Source: Armatimonadota bacterium
Lineage (GTDB): Bacteria; Armatimonadota; UBA5829; DTLH01
Direction: 5' to 3'
DNA: 22,155 nucleotides
NCBI GenBank assembly: GCA_039680575.1
Contig: JBDKSP010000120.1
Span: 1-22,155, forward strand
Shown here: in pieces, positions 1 to 8,564 of the stretch
Layout: every line of letters starts with the position of its first letter
Numbering within the stretch: the stretch's first letter is position 1
Notes under the pieces: model-generated
What the model was told of the DNA's origin: nothing
Databases searched by the model: none
What the model saw: the letters and a program-made list of their open reading frames with translations, nothing else
Made by a program: the position numbers and the translations under genes

Positions 1-2
1 CG

Positions 3-146
3 CCAGAGAACTTCGCCCTAATCAGGCAGATTGCACACAACTTGCTAAAACTAAAGCAAACAACAGACAACAGAAGCGTAAGACGCAAGATTAACCTGTG
101 CTGCTGGGACAATGACTTCCTGGCTTCCGTAGTTGCTGGATTTTAG
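3..146 (+). CDS. ISAs1-family transposase, C-terminal fragment (5' part outside window; not in ORF track)
   Basis: Manual translation 3..146: PENFALIRQIAHNLLKLKQTTDNRSVRRKINLCCWDNDFLASVVAGF*. This fits the ISAs1 tail pattern (P-E-N-F...R..A.NLL...S.RRK....WD.D.L). Confidence 0.85.
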   Translation, partial: PENFALIRQIAHNLLKLKQTTDNRSVRRKINLCCWDNDFLASVVAGF

Positions 147-159
147 TGCGTAAGCCCTG
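141..159 (-). repeat. Terminal inverted repeat (IRR) of the ISAs1-like element
   Basis: TTTTAGTGCGTAAGCCCTG; reverse complement CAGGGCTTACGCACTAAAA; overlaps the transposase stop codon. The partner IR is outside the window, so exact length is uncertain. Confidence 0.7.
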
Positions 160-178
160 TGAATCCTCTCATTCCCCA

Positions 179-207
179 TTGACAGCCAGGCAGCCTGCAG
201 GTATACT
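179..207 (+). promoter_or_regulatory. sigma70-type promoter for mlaEFD (possibly also rplI-dnaB-pur)
   Basis: TTGACA (179-184), 17-nt spacer, TATACT (202-207), about 45 nt upstream of the mlaE ATG. Confidence 0.75.
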
Positions 208-251
208 TTTGCTTGTTCCTGCAATGATACTTCTACGCGACGGGGCGGGCA

Positions 252-1136
252 ATGAGACGGAATGAGCCTGAAGGTGAAAGAACGCCTCGCAGCGAGGCTG
301 TAAGCGATATTATCCACGAAGTGGGAGATGAGATCACGGCGGCCGTATCGGTCCCCGGTGAGATCACTTACCGTACCCTCGATAGGTTTTTCACGTTTAT
401 AGGAGGCACGTCCACTCTGTTCTGGCGGGCGATTTCTTACGTCGTAAAGGGCGCTGTCGATATGCGCGAAACGATCAGTCAGATGTCGATTATCGGCGTG
501 GCTTCTCTTCCAATAGTGCTTATTACAGTCACATTCTCCGGGATGGTGCTTGCTCTTTACTCCGCGCAGACCCTTGTAGCCTATGGTTTCGGCGGCCAGT
601 TTGTCGGCGGCGGAGTAGGTTTGGCGATTGCAAGGGAGATAGGCCCCGCTTTGACCGCTGTTGTCGTTGCGGCACGGGCAGGATCATCTATGGCTGCGGA
701 GATAGGCAGCATGAAGGTCACGGAACAGGTGGACGCTCTTCGTGCGCTTGCTGTAGACCCTGTGCAATACCTCGTTGTTCCGAGGTTTCTCGCGGCGCTT
801 GTTATGCTCCCGGTGATAACGATAATCGCGAACATCGTAGGCATAGCCGGCGGCTACCTGGTAGCTATGATAAATGGTGTTCCCAGCGAAAGCTTTATAT
901 CTTCACTGCGCGTTCTGTCCGAGACGAGTGATTTCACGCTGGGACTGGTAAAAACGTTCTTTTTTGCTGCGATTATCTCGATAGTTGGCTGTTATGAAGG
1001 ACTTCAGACGGAAGGCGGTGCAAGCGGAGTCGGCAGGTCGACAACACGCGCTGTAGTCTTATCAATTGTGTTGATTTACATATCGAATTTCTTCCTGGCG
1101 TACGTTTTGTTCCAGGGTCGCACCTCAGGACCTTAA
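252..1136 (+). CDS. mlaE: MlaE-family ABC transporter permease (lipid asymmetry/MCE system)
   Basis: Hydrophobic protein with REIGPALTAVVVAARAGSSMAAEIGSMKVTEQVDAL, YLVVPRFLA and GGASGVGRSTTRAVV motifs. Start codon uncertain. Confidence 0.93.
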   Translation: MRRNEPEGERTPRSEAVSDIIHEVGDEITAAVSVPGEITYRTLDRFFTFIGGTSTLFWRAISYVVKGAVDMRETISQMSIIGVASLPIVLITVTFSGMVLALYSAQTLVAYGFGGQFVGGGVGLAIAREIGPALTAVVVAARAGSSMAAEIGSMKVTEQVDALRALAVDPVQYLVVPRFLAALVMLPVITIIANIVGIAGGYLVAMINGVPSESFISSLRVLSETSDFTLGLVKTFFFAAIISIVGCYEGLQTEGGASGVGRSTTRAVVLSIVLIYISNFFLAYVLFQGRTSGP

Positions 1137-1139
1137 CAG

Positions 1140-1883
1140 TTGATTACAATTAACCATTTATCATATAGAGTAAGCGGCAAGACTGTTTTAAGGCGGCTCG
1201 ATCTGAAGATCGAGCGGGGAGAGACGTTTGCCGTGATGGGCATGTCCGGAGTCGGCAAAAGCACGCTCTTGAAGTGTATCGCTATGCTGATAAGACCGGG
1301 TGCGGGCGAAGTTATAATTGAAGGTCAGAACATTGCGGCGATGCCTGAGCGGAGGCTCAGGGACGTGCGGCGAAAAGTCGGCATGGTTTTCCAGTATGCG
1401 GCGCTTTTTGACTCGCTGAATGTATATGAAAATGTGTCCTTCGGGCTCCGGCGTCACCGGCAATTGAGTGAGGATGAGATTCGAGCTGTTGTTTCGGAAA
1501 AGCTCGCTCTTGTAGGGCTTTCCGGGACCGAGGATAAGATGCCGTCGCAATTGTCAGGAGGCATGCAGAAGCGGGTCGGGTTGGCGAGGGCGCTCGCACT
1601 GGACCCACAGATATTGCTATATGATGAGCCGACAGCCGGACTGGACCCGATAACTGCGGCAACAATCAGCAATTTGATTGTTCGCATGCGCGATCAACTC
1701 GGAGTGACATCCGTTGTAGTAGCGCATGACCTTGCGCTTATAAAACATGTATCGAACAGAGTCGGAATGCTCCATAGCGGCAGGATTGTCCAGGTCGGGA
1801 CATGGGACGAGATGGAAAAGTCCGAAAACCCTGTCGTGAAGCAGTTCATTGCGGGCAGCACGGAAGGCCCGATCAAGTTGTAA
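1140..1883 (+). CDS. mlaF: MlaF-family ABC transporter ATP-binding protein (TTG start)
   Basis: Walker A GMSGVGKS, Q-loop MVFQYAALFDSL, signature LSGGMQKRVGLARAL, Walker B LLYDEPTAGLDP; lies between mlaE and mlaD. Confidence 0.93.
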   Translation: MITINHLSYRVSGKTVLRRLDLKIERGETFAVMGMSGVGKSTLLKCIAMLIRPGAGEVIIEGQNIAAMPERRLRDVRRKVGMVFQYAALFDSLNVYENVSFGLRRHRQLSEDEIRAVVSEKLALVGLSGTEDKMPSQLSGGMQKRVGLARALALDPQILLYDEPTAGLDPITAATISNLIVRMRDQLGVTSVVVAHDLALIKHVSNRVGMLHSGRIVQVGTWDEMEKSENPVVKQFIAGSTEGPIKL

Positions 1884-1895
1884 TATTATTTGGCG

Positions 1896-1923
1896 GCTGA
1901 TAACTGAAAACTGATAGCTGAAA
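1896..1923 (+). repeat. Heptamer tandem repeat (RCTGAWA x4) abutting the mlaD ATG
   Basis: GCTGATA ACTGAAA ACTGATA GCTGAAA then ATG at 1924. Confidence 0.8.
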
Positions 1924-3342
1924 ATGAGATTTAGACCTGAAGTAAAAGTAGGATTGATTGTCTTTCTGGGGCTTGTTGCCCTGGTGATAATCTATTGGTT
2001 CTTCGGCGGCCTGGGGTTTCGCGCAGGTAATTATCAGATATGCGCGATATTTGATGATGTCATGAGGCTGTCTCGCGGGACTGATATAAGAATGGCCGGT
2101 GTCAGGGTTGGTATGGTCCAGGATATCACCCTTACTGAAGATAAACGGGCACGGGTCATAATGCTGATAAACAAGAAGTATGAAGACGCTATTCCAAAAG
2201 ACTCGACCGCTCGTGTAACTACCGGGGGAGTGATAGGTGTCGGCGAATATTACGTCGAAATCCTGCCGGGTTCAAGCAGAGCAGCTATTAAGAATAATGA
2301 ATGCCTTCGCACAGTAAGGATGCCGACCCTGGATGATGTGCTTCCTGATGTGACTGAGCTGGTCAGCGGCCTGAAGAGGACGATCAGCTCGGTCAACGAT
2401 GTCATAGACAACCCGAAAGTGCGCGCATCACTCAAAAATATAGTGGCTAATACGGATACTACTACCAGGAATATGTCGGAGCTTACGGGCGATGTGCGGG
2501 CGCTTATCGCTCAAAACGGAGCTGAAATAGGGCGGATTATCGCTAACATAGACAGCGCGTCGAGAGATTTTGCCGGTCTTAGCCAGGAAGTCAGCCGGAT
2601 AGTAACATCAAAAAGGCCGGATATCGACCAAACGCTCGCAAATGTCCGGTCTGCTTCTGAGGACTTCGCATCGTTCAGCAGAATCCTGCGCAGGACTCTT
2701 GAAGACGGCGGCGCGGGAGATGTAGGTGAGCTCATTTCGAGCGCTAAATCGACTGTGGAGAATCTTGAGGTGGTAAGCAAGCAGTTGCGTGTGCTCGCGG
2801 AAGATGAGACTATTGCGGCGCAGGTGCGTGAGACTATCAAAAACGCTTCTGTGGCAGCAAAAGGCGCGGCCGATATTGTTGACCGTGTTGGAAAGATTGT
2901 CGGTGTAGGGAAGCCGTCAGTAAGGCCACCCAGGGTTACGGAACCGATATCTGAGATTGGGTCACAACTTGACGCGCTTATTAGGACCGAGGATAACAGC
3001 CTGCGTCTGGATTACAACTATAGGCTTGCAGCCCCAGGAAACCGGTTCTATCGTCTTGGGCTTCTTGATTTCGGCCATAAGCCGAAGCTGAATGCCCAGG
3101 CCGGCGGAGTTATTGACGATCTGAGCGCTTACAGATACGGTATTTACGCTTCCAGAATCGGTATCGGTTATGACCGGATACTGGGCGACAATCTCAGGCT
3201 GAATTTGGATTTATACCATCCTGATGATCCAAGGCTCGAAACAAAGATAAGGTATGATTTTGCCCCTGATCTGGGGATTTGGGCGGGGACCGACGATCTC
3301 TTCGACGGCGAAGGGATGGTTGGGCTTCAGTATCGAAGATAA
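1924..3342 (+). CDS. mlaD: Long MlaD/MCE-domain protein: N-terminal TM helix, MCE domain, helical stalk, predicted C-terminal beta-rich/barrel domain
   Basis: EVKVGLIV TM anchor; MCE motifs FDDVMRL..GTDIRMAGVRVGMV and GVIGVGEYYVEILPG; long helical middle; C-terminus with alternating aromatic/hydrophobic strands ending VGLQYRR. Confidence 0.88.
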   Translation: MRFRPEVKVGLIVFLGLVALVIIYWFFGGLGFRAGNYQICAIFDDVMRLSRGTDIRMAGVRVGMVQDITLTEDKRARVIMLINKKYEDAIPKDSTARVTTGGVIGVGEYYVEILPGSSRAAIKNNECLRTVRMPTLDDVLPDVTELVSGLKRTISSVNDVIDNPKVRASLKNIVANTDTTTRNMSELTGDVRALIAQNGAEIGRIIANIDSASRDFAGLSQEVSRIVTSKRPDIDQTLANVRSASEDFASFSRILRRTLEDGGAGDVGELISSAKSTVENLEVVSKQLRVLAEDETIAAQVRETIKNASVAAKGAADIVDRVGKIVGVGKPSVRPPRVTEPISEIGSQLDALIRTEDNSLRLDYNYRLAAPGNRFYRLGLLDFGHKPKLNAQAGGVIDDLSAYRYGIYASRIGIGYDRILGDNLRLNLDLYHPDDPRLETKIRYDFAPDLGIWAGTDDLFDGEGMVGLQYRR

Positions 3343-3391
3343 CATATAAGTCCGGCTCGAAACCGGCGGTGATTTTAATTCAGGAGAAGCT

Positions 3392-3838
3392 ATGAAAGTC
3401 ATATTGAAACAGGACATTAAGGCCGTAGGCAAGATGGACGACGTGGTGAATGTTACTCCCGGATACGCCAGGAATTATCTTTTTCCAAGGAACCTGGCGG
3501 TCGAAGCGACAGCGCAGAACCTCGCGGTAATGAAGCGAAAATACGACGCAATCGAGAAAAAAGGCGAGAAGCTGGTAGCGGAATGCCGTGAGATCGCGGA
3601 AAATCTCAAGGGGAAAAAGATCACGATCACAGCCAGAGCCGGTGCAGGATCGAAGCTCTACGGCTCGATCACTTCTCAGGACATAGCAGATGCCGTGAAG
3701 TCCCAGACCGGCGTGGAACTGGACAAACGGAAGATTCACATTGCCGATCCGATCAAAGCAGCCGGAGCCCACAATGTGCCAATCCGGCTTCATAGAGAAG
3801 TAGGGTTTGATCTCTCCGTGGAGGTAGTGACTGAATAG
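3392..3838 (+). CDS. rplI: 50S ribosomal protein L9
   Basis: MKVILKQDIK..GK.DDVVNVTPGYARNYLFP and KLYGSITSQDIA; 148 aa; AGGAG RBS upstream. Confidence 0.97.
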   Translation: MKVILKQDIKAVGKMDDVVNVTPGYARNYLFPRNLAVEATAQNLAVMKRKYDAIEKKGEKLVAECREIAENLKGKKITITARAGAGSKLYGSITSQDIADAVKSQTGVELDKRKIHIADPIKAAGAHNVPIRLHREVGFDLSVEVVTE

Positions 3839-3866
3839 AGGTTAGGAATCGGGGGTCAGGGGATGG
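3839..3866 (+). repeat. Degenerate purine-rich heptamer repeats after rplI
   Basis: AGGTTAG GAATCGG GGGTCAG GGGATGG, 7-nt period, low identity. Confidence 0.4.
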
Positions 3867-3911
3867 TAAATGCCAATCCCTGATTGTAGTGTCATTTTTT
3901 ACGATACATGA

Positions 3912-4006
3912 GTGTAGTGGCCGGGCTGAAGTCCCGGCCAGAAGCATCGAAGATGCCTCACTGCGCTAAAATCTCGTGTCAATCGAAGATGTGATGACTG
4001 CTACAC
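3912..4006. repeat. GTAG-REP-like multi-hairpin element, copy 1
   Basis: GTGTAG + TGGCCGGG-loop-CCCGGCCA hairpin (3918-3940), GCATC-GAA-GATGC hairpin (3944-3956), ending CTACAC (4001-4006). Shares TGTAGTGGCCG...CGGCCA with the element at 22067-22147. Confidence 0.6.
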
Positions 4007-4033
4007 CCACTGGACCTTCCCTTTGGCGAAGCC

Positions 4034-5449
4034 ATGGAACGTTTGTCTGCATTAGAACGTGTGCCACCACAAAATATCGAGGCGGAGCAGTCGACTTTAG
4101 GGTCGATGATGCTCGACCGCGCGGCTATTGAGAAGGCTGCGGAAATCCTCAGGGATATCGACTTCTACAGGCCAAGTCACGGCATCATCTTCGATGCCAT
4201 GTGCTCACTCAGCGAGCGGGATGAGCCGGTAGACCTCATCACCCTGCAGGAAGAGCTGAGAAACAGGAACAAACTCGAGGAAGTCGGCGGCACGGAATAC
4301 CTGATGGCGCTTCTTTCGCAGGTCCCGTCCGCGTCAAGGGTCGAGTATTATGCAAAGATAGTCGAACAGAAGTCGATACTTCGGAGACTTCTTGCCGCGT
4401 CGGCTGAAATAACGGGCATGGTGCATCAGGAAGCAGATGATGTCGACGCCATAACAGACAAAGCCGAACAGCTCATCTTCCAGGTGGCACAGCGGCGGCT
4501 TGGACAGTATTTTTCACCGATTGCGCCCGTCGTTATGGAGGCATGGGACCGGCTGAACGCGCAGTGGGAGCAGGGGAGCATCATTTCCGGGCTTGAGACC
4601 GGGTTCAGGGACCTCGATCTTATGACTTCGGGGCTCCAGAACGGCGATATGATTATCGTAGCAGCGCGGCCTTCCATGGGGAAGACCTCTTTCGCGCTCG
4701 ATATTGCAAGTCATGTGGCTATACGTCAAAAACTGCCTGTTGCGCTCTTCAGTATAGAAATGTCCAAGGAGCAGCTTGCCCTGAGACTGCTTTCTTCGCA
4801 TGCCCAGGTCGAATCCCAGCGGCTTCGCGCGGGGTTTGTGCACGATGATGAGATCAACAAGGTCTCAAGAGCCGCAAACGAGCTTTTCCAGGCTCCGATA
4901 TTCATAGACGATTCGACGGACATATCTCCGATGGGGATGAGAACGAAGTGCAGGAGGCTGAAAGCCGAGCAGGGCGGTCTCTCGCTTGTCGTGGTCGACT
5001 ATCTACAGCTCCTCAAATGGCACAGGCAAATCGATAACCGTGTGCAGGAGATTTCGGAGATTGCGCGGGCGATCAAAAGCCTCGCAAGAGAGCTTAAAGT
5101 CCCGGTAATCGCGCTTTCCCAGTTATCCAGACGCGTTGAGCAGAGGGACGATAAGCGGCCGATACTTTCGGACCTCAGAGAAAGCGGTTCCATCGAAGCT
5201 GAAGCCGACCTGGTTATGATGCTTTACAGGCCGAAGTACTATGAGCGTAAGGAAATGGTCGATGCGGAGGAGACCGTTGGGCTGGATTCGTCCACAGGCA
5301 AGGTCAAGAAGCACGATTTCGGCGTGGAAGACACGGAAGAGGCCGAGGTCATCATCGGTAAACAGCGAAACGGTCCTACAGGCACGATCAAGATGGGTTT
5401 CCTGAGCCACTACGCGCATTTTGTGGATATAGAGAAATTTAGAGATTAG
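4034..5449 (+). CDS. dnaB: Replicative DNA helicase DnaB (no intein)
   Basis: PPQNIEAEQSTLG N-terminus, Walker A AARPSMGKT, VVVDYLQL, SQLSR, DLRESGSIE, KQRNGPTG. Confidence 0.97.
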   Translation: MERLSALERVPPQNIEAEQSTLGSMMLDRAAIEKAAEILRDIDFYRPSHGIIFDAMCSLSERDEPVDLITLQEELRNRNKLEEVGGTEYLMALLSQVPSASRVEYYAKIVEQKSILRRLLAASAEITGMVHQEADDVDAITDKAEQLIFQVAQRRLGQYFSPIAPVVMEAWDRLNAQWEQGSIISGLETGFRDLDLMTSGLQNGDMIIVAARPSMGKTSFALDIASHVAIRQKLPVALFSIEMSKEQLALRLLSSHAQVESQRLRAGFVHDDEINKVSRAANELFQAPIFIDDSTDISPMGMRTKCRRLKAEQGGLSLVVVDYLQLLKWHRQIDNRVQEISEIARAIKSLARELKVPVIALSQLSRRVEQRDDKRPILSDLRESGSIEAEADLVMMLYRPKYYERKEMVDAEETVGLDSSTGKVKKHDFGVEDTEEAEVIIGKQRNGPTGTIKMGFLSHYAHFVDIEKFRD

Positions 5450-5461
5450 CAAGGAGTTTTT

Positions 5462-6751
5462 ATGCGTCAAAACAACCTTAACGTCCTGGTGATCGGGAGT
5501 GGGGGCAGAGAGCATGCCCTGGTGTGGAAAATTGCGAAAAGCCCGCGCGTCGACAAGGTATTTTGTGCGCCTGGGAATGCCGGGACGGCTGCGATTGGTG
5601 AGAATTTGCCGATAAAACCGACTGAATTCGACCGGTTGATAGAGGTCTCAAAGGAAAAGAAGATCGATTTTGTGGTAGTCGGCCCGGAGACTCCGCTTAT
5701 TGCAGGGATCGTAGATGCGTTCAGCGCTACAGACATACCCGTGTTTGGTCCGACCAGGCTTGGCGCACAGCTTGAAGGCAGCAAGGTCTTCACAAAAGAA
5801 CTTCTTATTGAGAACAACATCCCTACAGGCGCTTTTACTGCGTTCGACGATTCTGAAAAGGCAATAGCAGACGTTAAGAAGCATTTCGCGGGCGGGGGCA
5901 AGCCGATAGTCATCAAGGCCGACGGTGAAGCCGCTGGAAAAGGTGTAATCATAGCGGGTACCGAGGCGGAAGCTCTTGATGCAGTCGAGATGATTATGGT
6001 CAAAAGGGCATTCGGAGCGTCGGGAAACAGAATTGTAATCGAGGAGTTTCTGGAAGGGCAGGAAGCGTCCATCATGGCTTTCGTAAGCGGCGGCGCAGTC
6101 CAGGGTATGCTTCCGGCGCAGGACTACAAGCGGGCATATGAAGGCGACAAAGGGCCGAACACTGGCGGGATGGGATGTTATTCGTGCGTTCCCGCCGTTA
6201 CTCCTGAAATTTATGATATCGTAATCGAGAAGATCATCCGCCCAACGATAAAGGGGCTTGCCGCGAAGGGGATCGATTACTGCGGGGTGCTCTACGCAGG
6301 AGTAATATTGACCGCCGATGGTCCTAAACTTCTTGAATACAACTGCCGGTTTGGTGACCCCGAAACGGAGGTCGTGCTGCCGCTTCTTGAGACGGATTTG
6401 GTAGACATTATCGAGGCCGCAGTCGAGCGCCGACTCGACGGAATCGAGATAAAATGGTACAATGAAAAGGCAGTATGCGTGGTTCTGGCCTCTAGAGGTT
6501 ACCCCGGAAGTTACGACACCGGGTTTCCGATCGGCGGGATCGCCGATGCCGGGTCTGCCGGAGCGATTGTCTTCCATGCCGGAACAAAACTCGTCGATGG
6601 CCGGGTGGTGACATCCGGCGGCCGGGTGCTCGGCGTAACAGCAACAGGCAGGACGTTCCGGGATGCGGTCGCTGCTGCGTACGAGGCAGTAGGTAAGATC
6701 AGCTTCGAAGGGATGATATATCGCAAAGATATTGGAGCGAGGGTTCTCTAG
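5462..6751 (+). CDS. purD: Phosphoribosylamine-glycine ligase
   Basis: VLVIGSGGREHAL, APGNAG, LEGSK, GPNTGGMG, EYNCRFGDPE, FHAGT, TSGGRVL. Confidence 0.97.
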   Translation: MRQNNLNVLVIGSGGREHALVWKIAKSPRVDKVFCAPGNAGTAAIGENLPIKPTEFDRLIEVSKEKKIDFVVVGPETPLIAGIVDAFSATDIPVFGPTRLGAQLEGSKVFTKELLIENNIPTGAFTAFDDSEKAIADVKKHFAGGGKPIVIKADGEAAGKGVIIAGTEAEALDAVEMIMVKRAFGASGNRIVIEEFLEGQEASIMAFVSGGAVQGMLPAQDYKRAYEGDKGPNTGGMGCYSCVPAVTPEIYDIVIEKIIRPTIKGLAAKGIDYCGVLYAGVILTADGPKLLEYNCRFGDPETEVVLPLLETDLVDIIEAAVERRLDGIEIKWYNEKAVCVVLASRGYPGSYDTGFPIGGIADAGSAGAIVFHAGTKLVDGRVVTSGGRVLGVTATGRTFRDAVAAAYEAVGKISFEGMIYRKDIGARVL

Positions 6752-7203
6752 TGCACAAGGTAGCGATAATAATGGGCAGCGAGTCGGACATGCAGGTTAT
6801 GCAGCCTGCGGCGGACGTGCTCATTCAGGAGTTCGGGATCGAAAGCGAGATACATGTAATCTCCGCGCACAGGACACCTCACAAAGCTGCCGAATTTGCT
6901 TCAAACGCTGCCGCTGACGGATTTGATGTAATAATCGCCGGAGCCGGGATGGCAGCTCACCTCGCAGGCGTGCTCGCCGCGTTTACCCCGCTTCCGGTCG
7001 TTGGTATTCCGATCAAAAGTGCATCTTTCGAAGGTATGGACGCACTTTTATCGATGGTTCAGATGCCTCCGGGCGTGCCGGTCGCAACAGTTGCGGTAAA
7101 CGGCGCGAAGAATGCAGGAATACTTGCCGCAGAGATCATCGGAGTGGGTGATCCCGAAGTCCGGCAAAAGATAATCGAATATAAAGAAAGGCTTGCAAAA
7201 TAG
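6751..7203 (+). CDS. purE: N5-CAIR mutase PurE (class I-type motif), GTG start overlapping the purD stop
   Basis: IIMGSESD, SAHRTP, AGAGMAAHLAG, GMDALLSMVQMPPGVPVATV. Confidence 0.96.
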   Translation: MHKVAIIMGSESDMQVMQPAADVLIQEFGIESEIHVISAHRTPHKAAEFASNAAADGFDVIIAGAGMAAHLAGVLAAFTPLPVVGIPIKSASFEGMDALLSMVQMPPGVPVATVAVNGAKNAGILAAEIIGVGDPEVRQKIIEYKERLAK

Positions 7204-7217
7204 GTTTTCCGTGGTCG

Positions 7218-7248
7218 GCTGGTGGCTGACCGCTGAGAGCTGACAGCT
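7218..7248 (+). repeat. Heptamer tandem repeat (GCTGANN) between purE and purB
   Basis: GCTGGTG GCTGACC GCTGAGA GCTGACA GCT, ending 5 nt before the purB ATG. Confidence 0.75.
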
Positions 7249-7253
7249 TTAGT

Positions 7254-8546
7254 ATGATCAGTAGATATTCTCTCCCGAAAATGAGTGCCGTCTGGAGCGA
7301 GGAGAACAAGTTCCGGACATGGCTTGATGTCGAAATAGCCGTATGTGAAGCGCAGGAGCACTTCGGCAATATCCCCAAGGGGACTTCCGAGAAAGTAAAA
7401 GCCGGTGCGAAGTTCACAGTCGAACGGATCGAGGAAATAGAGCAGGAAACGCATCATGACCTTATCGCGTTCGTAAAGGCCGTGACGGAAAACCTCGGAG
7501 ACGAGGGGAAATACGTCCACTATGGAGTAACAAGCTACGACATAGAGGACACGGCGATGGCTATCAGGATACGGCAGTCAGCCGACCTGATCTTAGAAGA
7601 CCTCGAAACCCTGAAAACGGTTATCGGTAAGCTCGCGAGAGAGTACAAGTCGACCGTGATGATCGGAAGGACGCACGGAGTCCACGCCGAGCCGATTACC
7701 TTTGGGTTCAAGATGGCCGTGTGGTATTCTGAGATAATGCGTGACATCGAGCGGGTCAAAGCGGCGCGGGAAGCGATCAGCTATGGGAAGATTTCCGGCG
7801 CTGTCGGGATATTCGGGAATATCGACCCCAAGATAGAATCTTTCGTATGTGAGAGACTGGGGCTCAAGGTAGCGCCCGTATCTACGCAGATCATCCAGCG
7901 AGACAGGCATGCGCAGTTCCTCTCTGCTCTTGGAATAGCGGCATCGTCTGCAGAGAACTTCGCGACAGAGATGAGGAACCTGCAGAGGACGGAGATACTC
8001 GAAGTCCAGGAGATGTTCCTCCCCGGCCAGCGCGGATCGTCCGCGATGCCGCATAAGCGGAACCCGTGGCGGTTCGAGACGGTTGTCGGACTTGCAAGAG
8101 TAGTCCGCACGAACGTCATCCCCGCTATGGAGAACATCACCTCGTGGCACGAGCGCGACAATACCAACTCCGCCTGCGAGAGGATTATCATCCCTGACAG
8201 CTGCCAGGCAACCGACTTCCTCCTTCAGTCCCTCACCAAGCTGATGACCCGGCTTGAGATCAACACTGAAAACATGCAGAAGAACCTCACGAAAATGGGC
8301 CAGCTTGTTTTCTCCGAGCACGTGCTCCTTGCTCTTGTAAAGAAGGGGATGACGAGAGAGGAAGGCTACAAGGTCTGCCAGAGAAACGCCGCGAAGTGCT
8401 GGGATGAAGGTGTGTCCTTCCGAGAGGCGTTGGAGCAGGATGAAGACGTAAAGCGGTTGCTTTCAGCCGAAGAACTTGCAGAATGCTTTAATCTGGAGCA
8501 TCACCTGAGAAATGTCGAGACCGTTTTAGAGAGGCTGGGGATCTAG
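7254..8546 (+). CDS. purB: Adenylosuccinate lyase
   Basis: MISRYS start, HYGVTSYD, GRTHGVHAEPITFG, signature GSSAMPHKRNP. Confidence 0.96.
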   Translation: MISRYSLPKMSAVWSEENKFRTWLDVEIAVCEAQEHFGNIPKGTSEKVKAGAKFTVERIEEIEQETHHDLIAFVKAVTENLGDEGKYVHYGVTSYDIEDTAMAIRIRQSADLILEDLETLKTVIGKLAREYKSTVMIGRTHGVHAEPITFGFKMAVWYSEIMRDIERVKAAREAISYGKISGAVGIFGNIDPKIESFVCERLGLKVAPVSTQIIQRDRHAQFLSALGIAASSAENFATEMRNLQRTEILEVQEMFLPGQRGSSAMPHKRNPWRFETVVGLARVVRTNVIPAMENITSWHERDNTNSACERIIIPDSCQATDFLLQSLTKLMTRLEINTENMQKNLTKMGQLVFSEHVLLALVKKGMTREEGYKVCQRNAAKCWDEGVSFREALEQDEDVKRLLSAEELAECFNLEHHLRNVETVLERLGI

Positions 8547-8564
8547 CCGAAAGCATAGCAACAT

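Larger units (their letters stand above)
1..159 (+). mobile_element. Right end of an ISAs1-family insertion sequence (truncated by window edge)
   Basis: Frame 3 encodes a typical ISAs1 transposase C-terminus. It is followed immediately by ...TAGTGCGTAAGCCCTG, whose reverse complement begins CAGGGC, the usual ISAs1-family terminus. Confidence 0.85.

Noticed and set aside
51..317. 88-aa minus-strand ORF
   Set aside because: It overlaps the transposase tail, IS end, promoter and mlaE start, and resembles no protein family I recognise.
4034..5449. Intein in DnaB
   Set aside because: 471 aa is normal length and there are no intein splice motifs.
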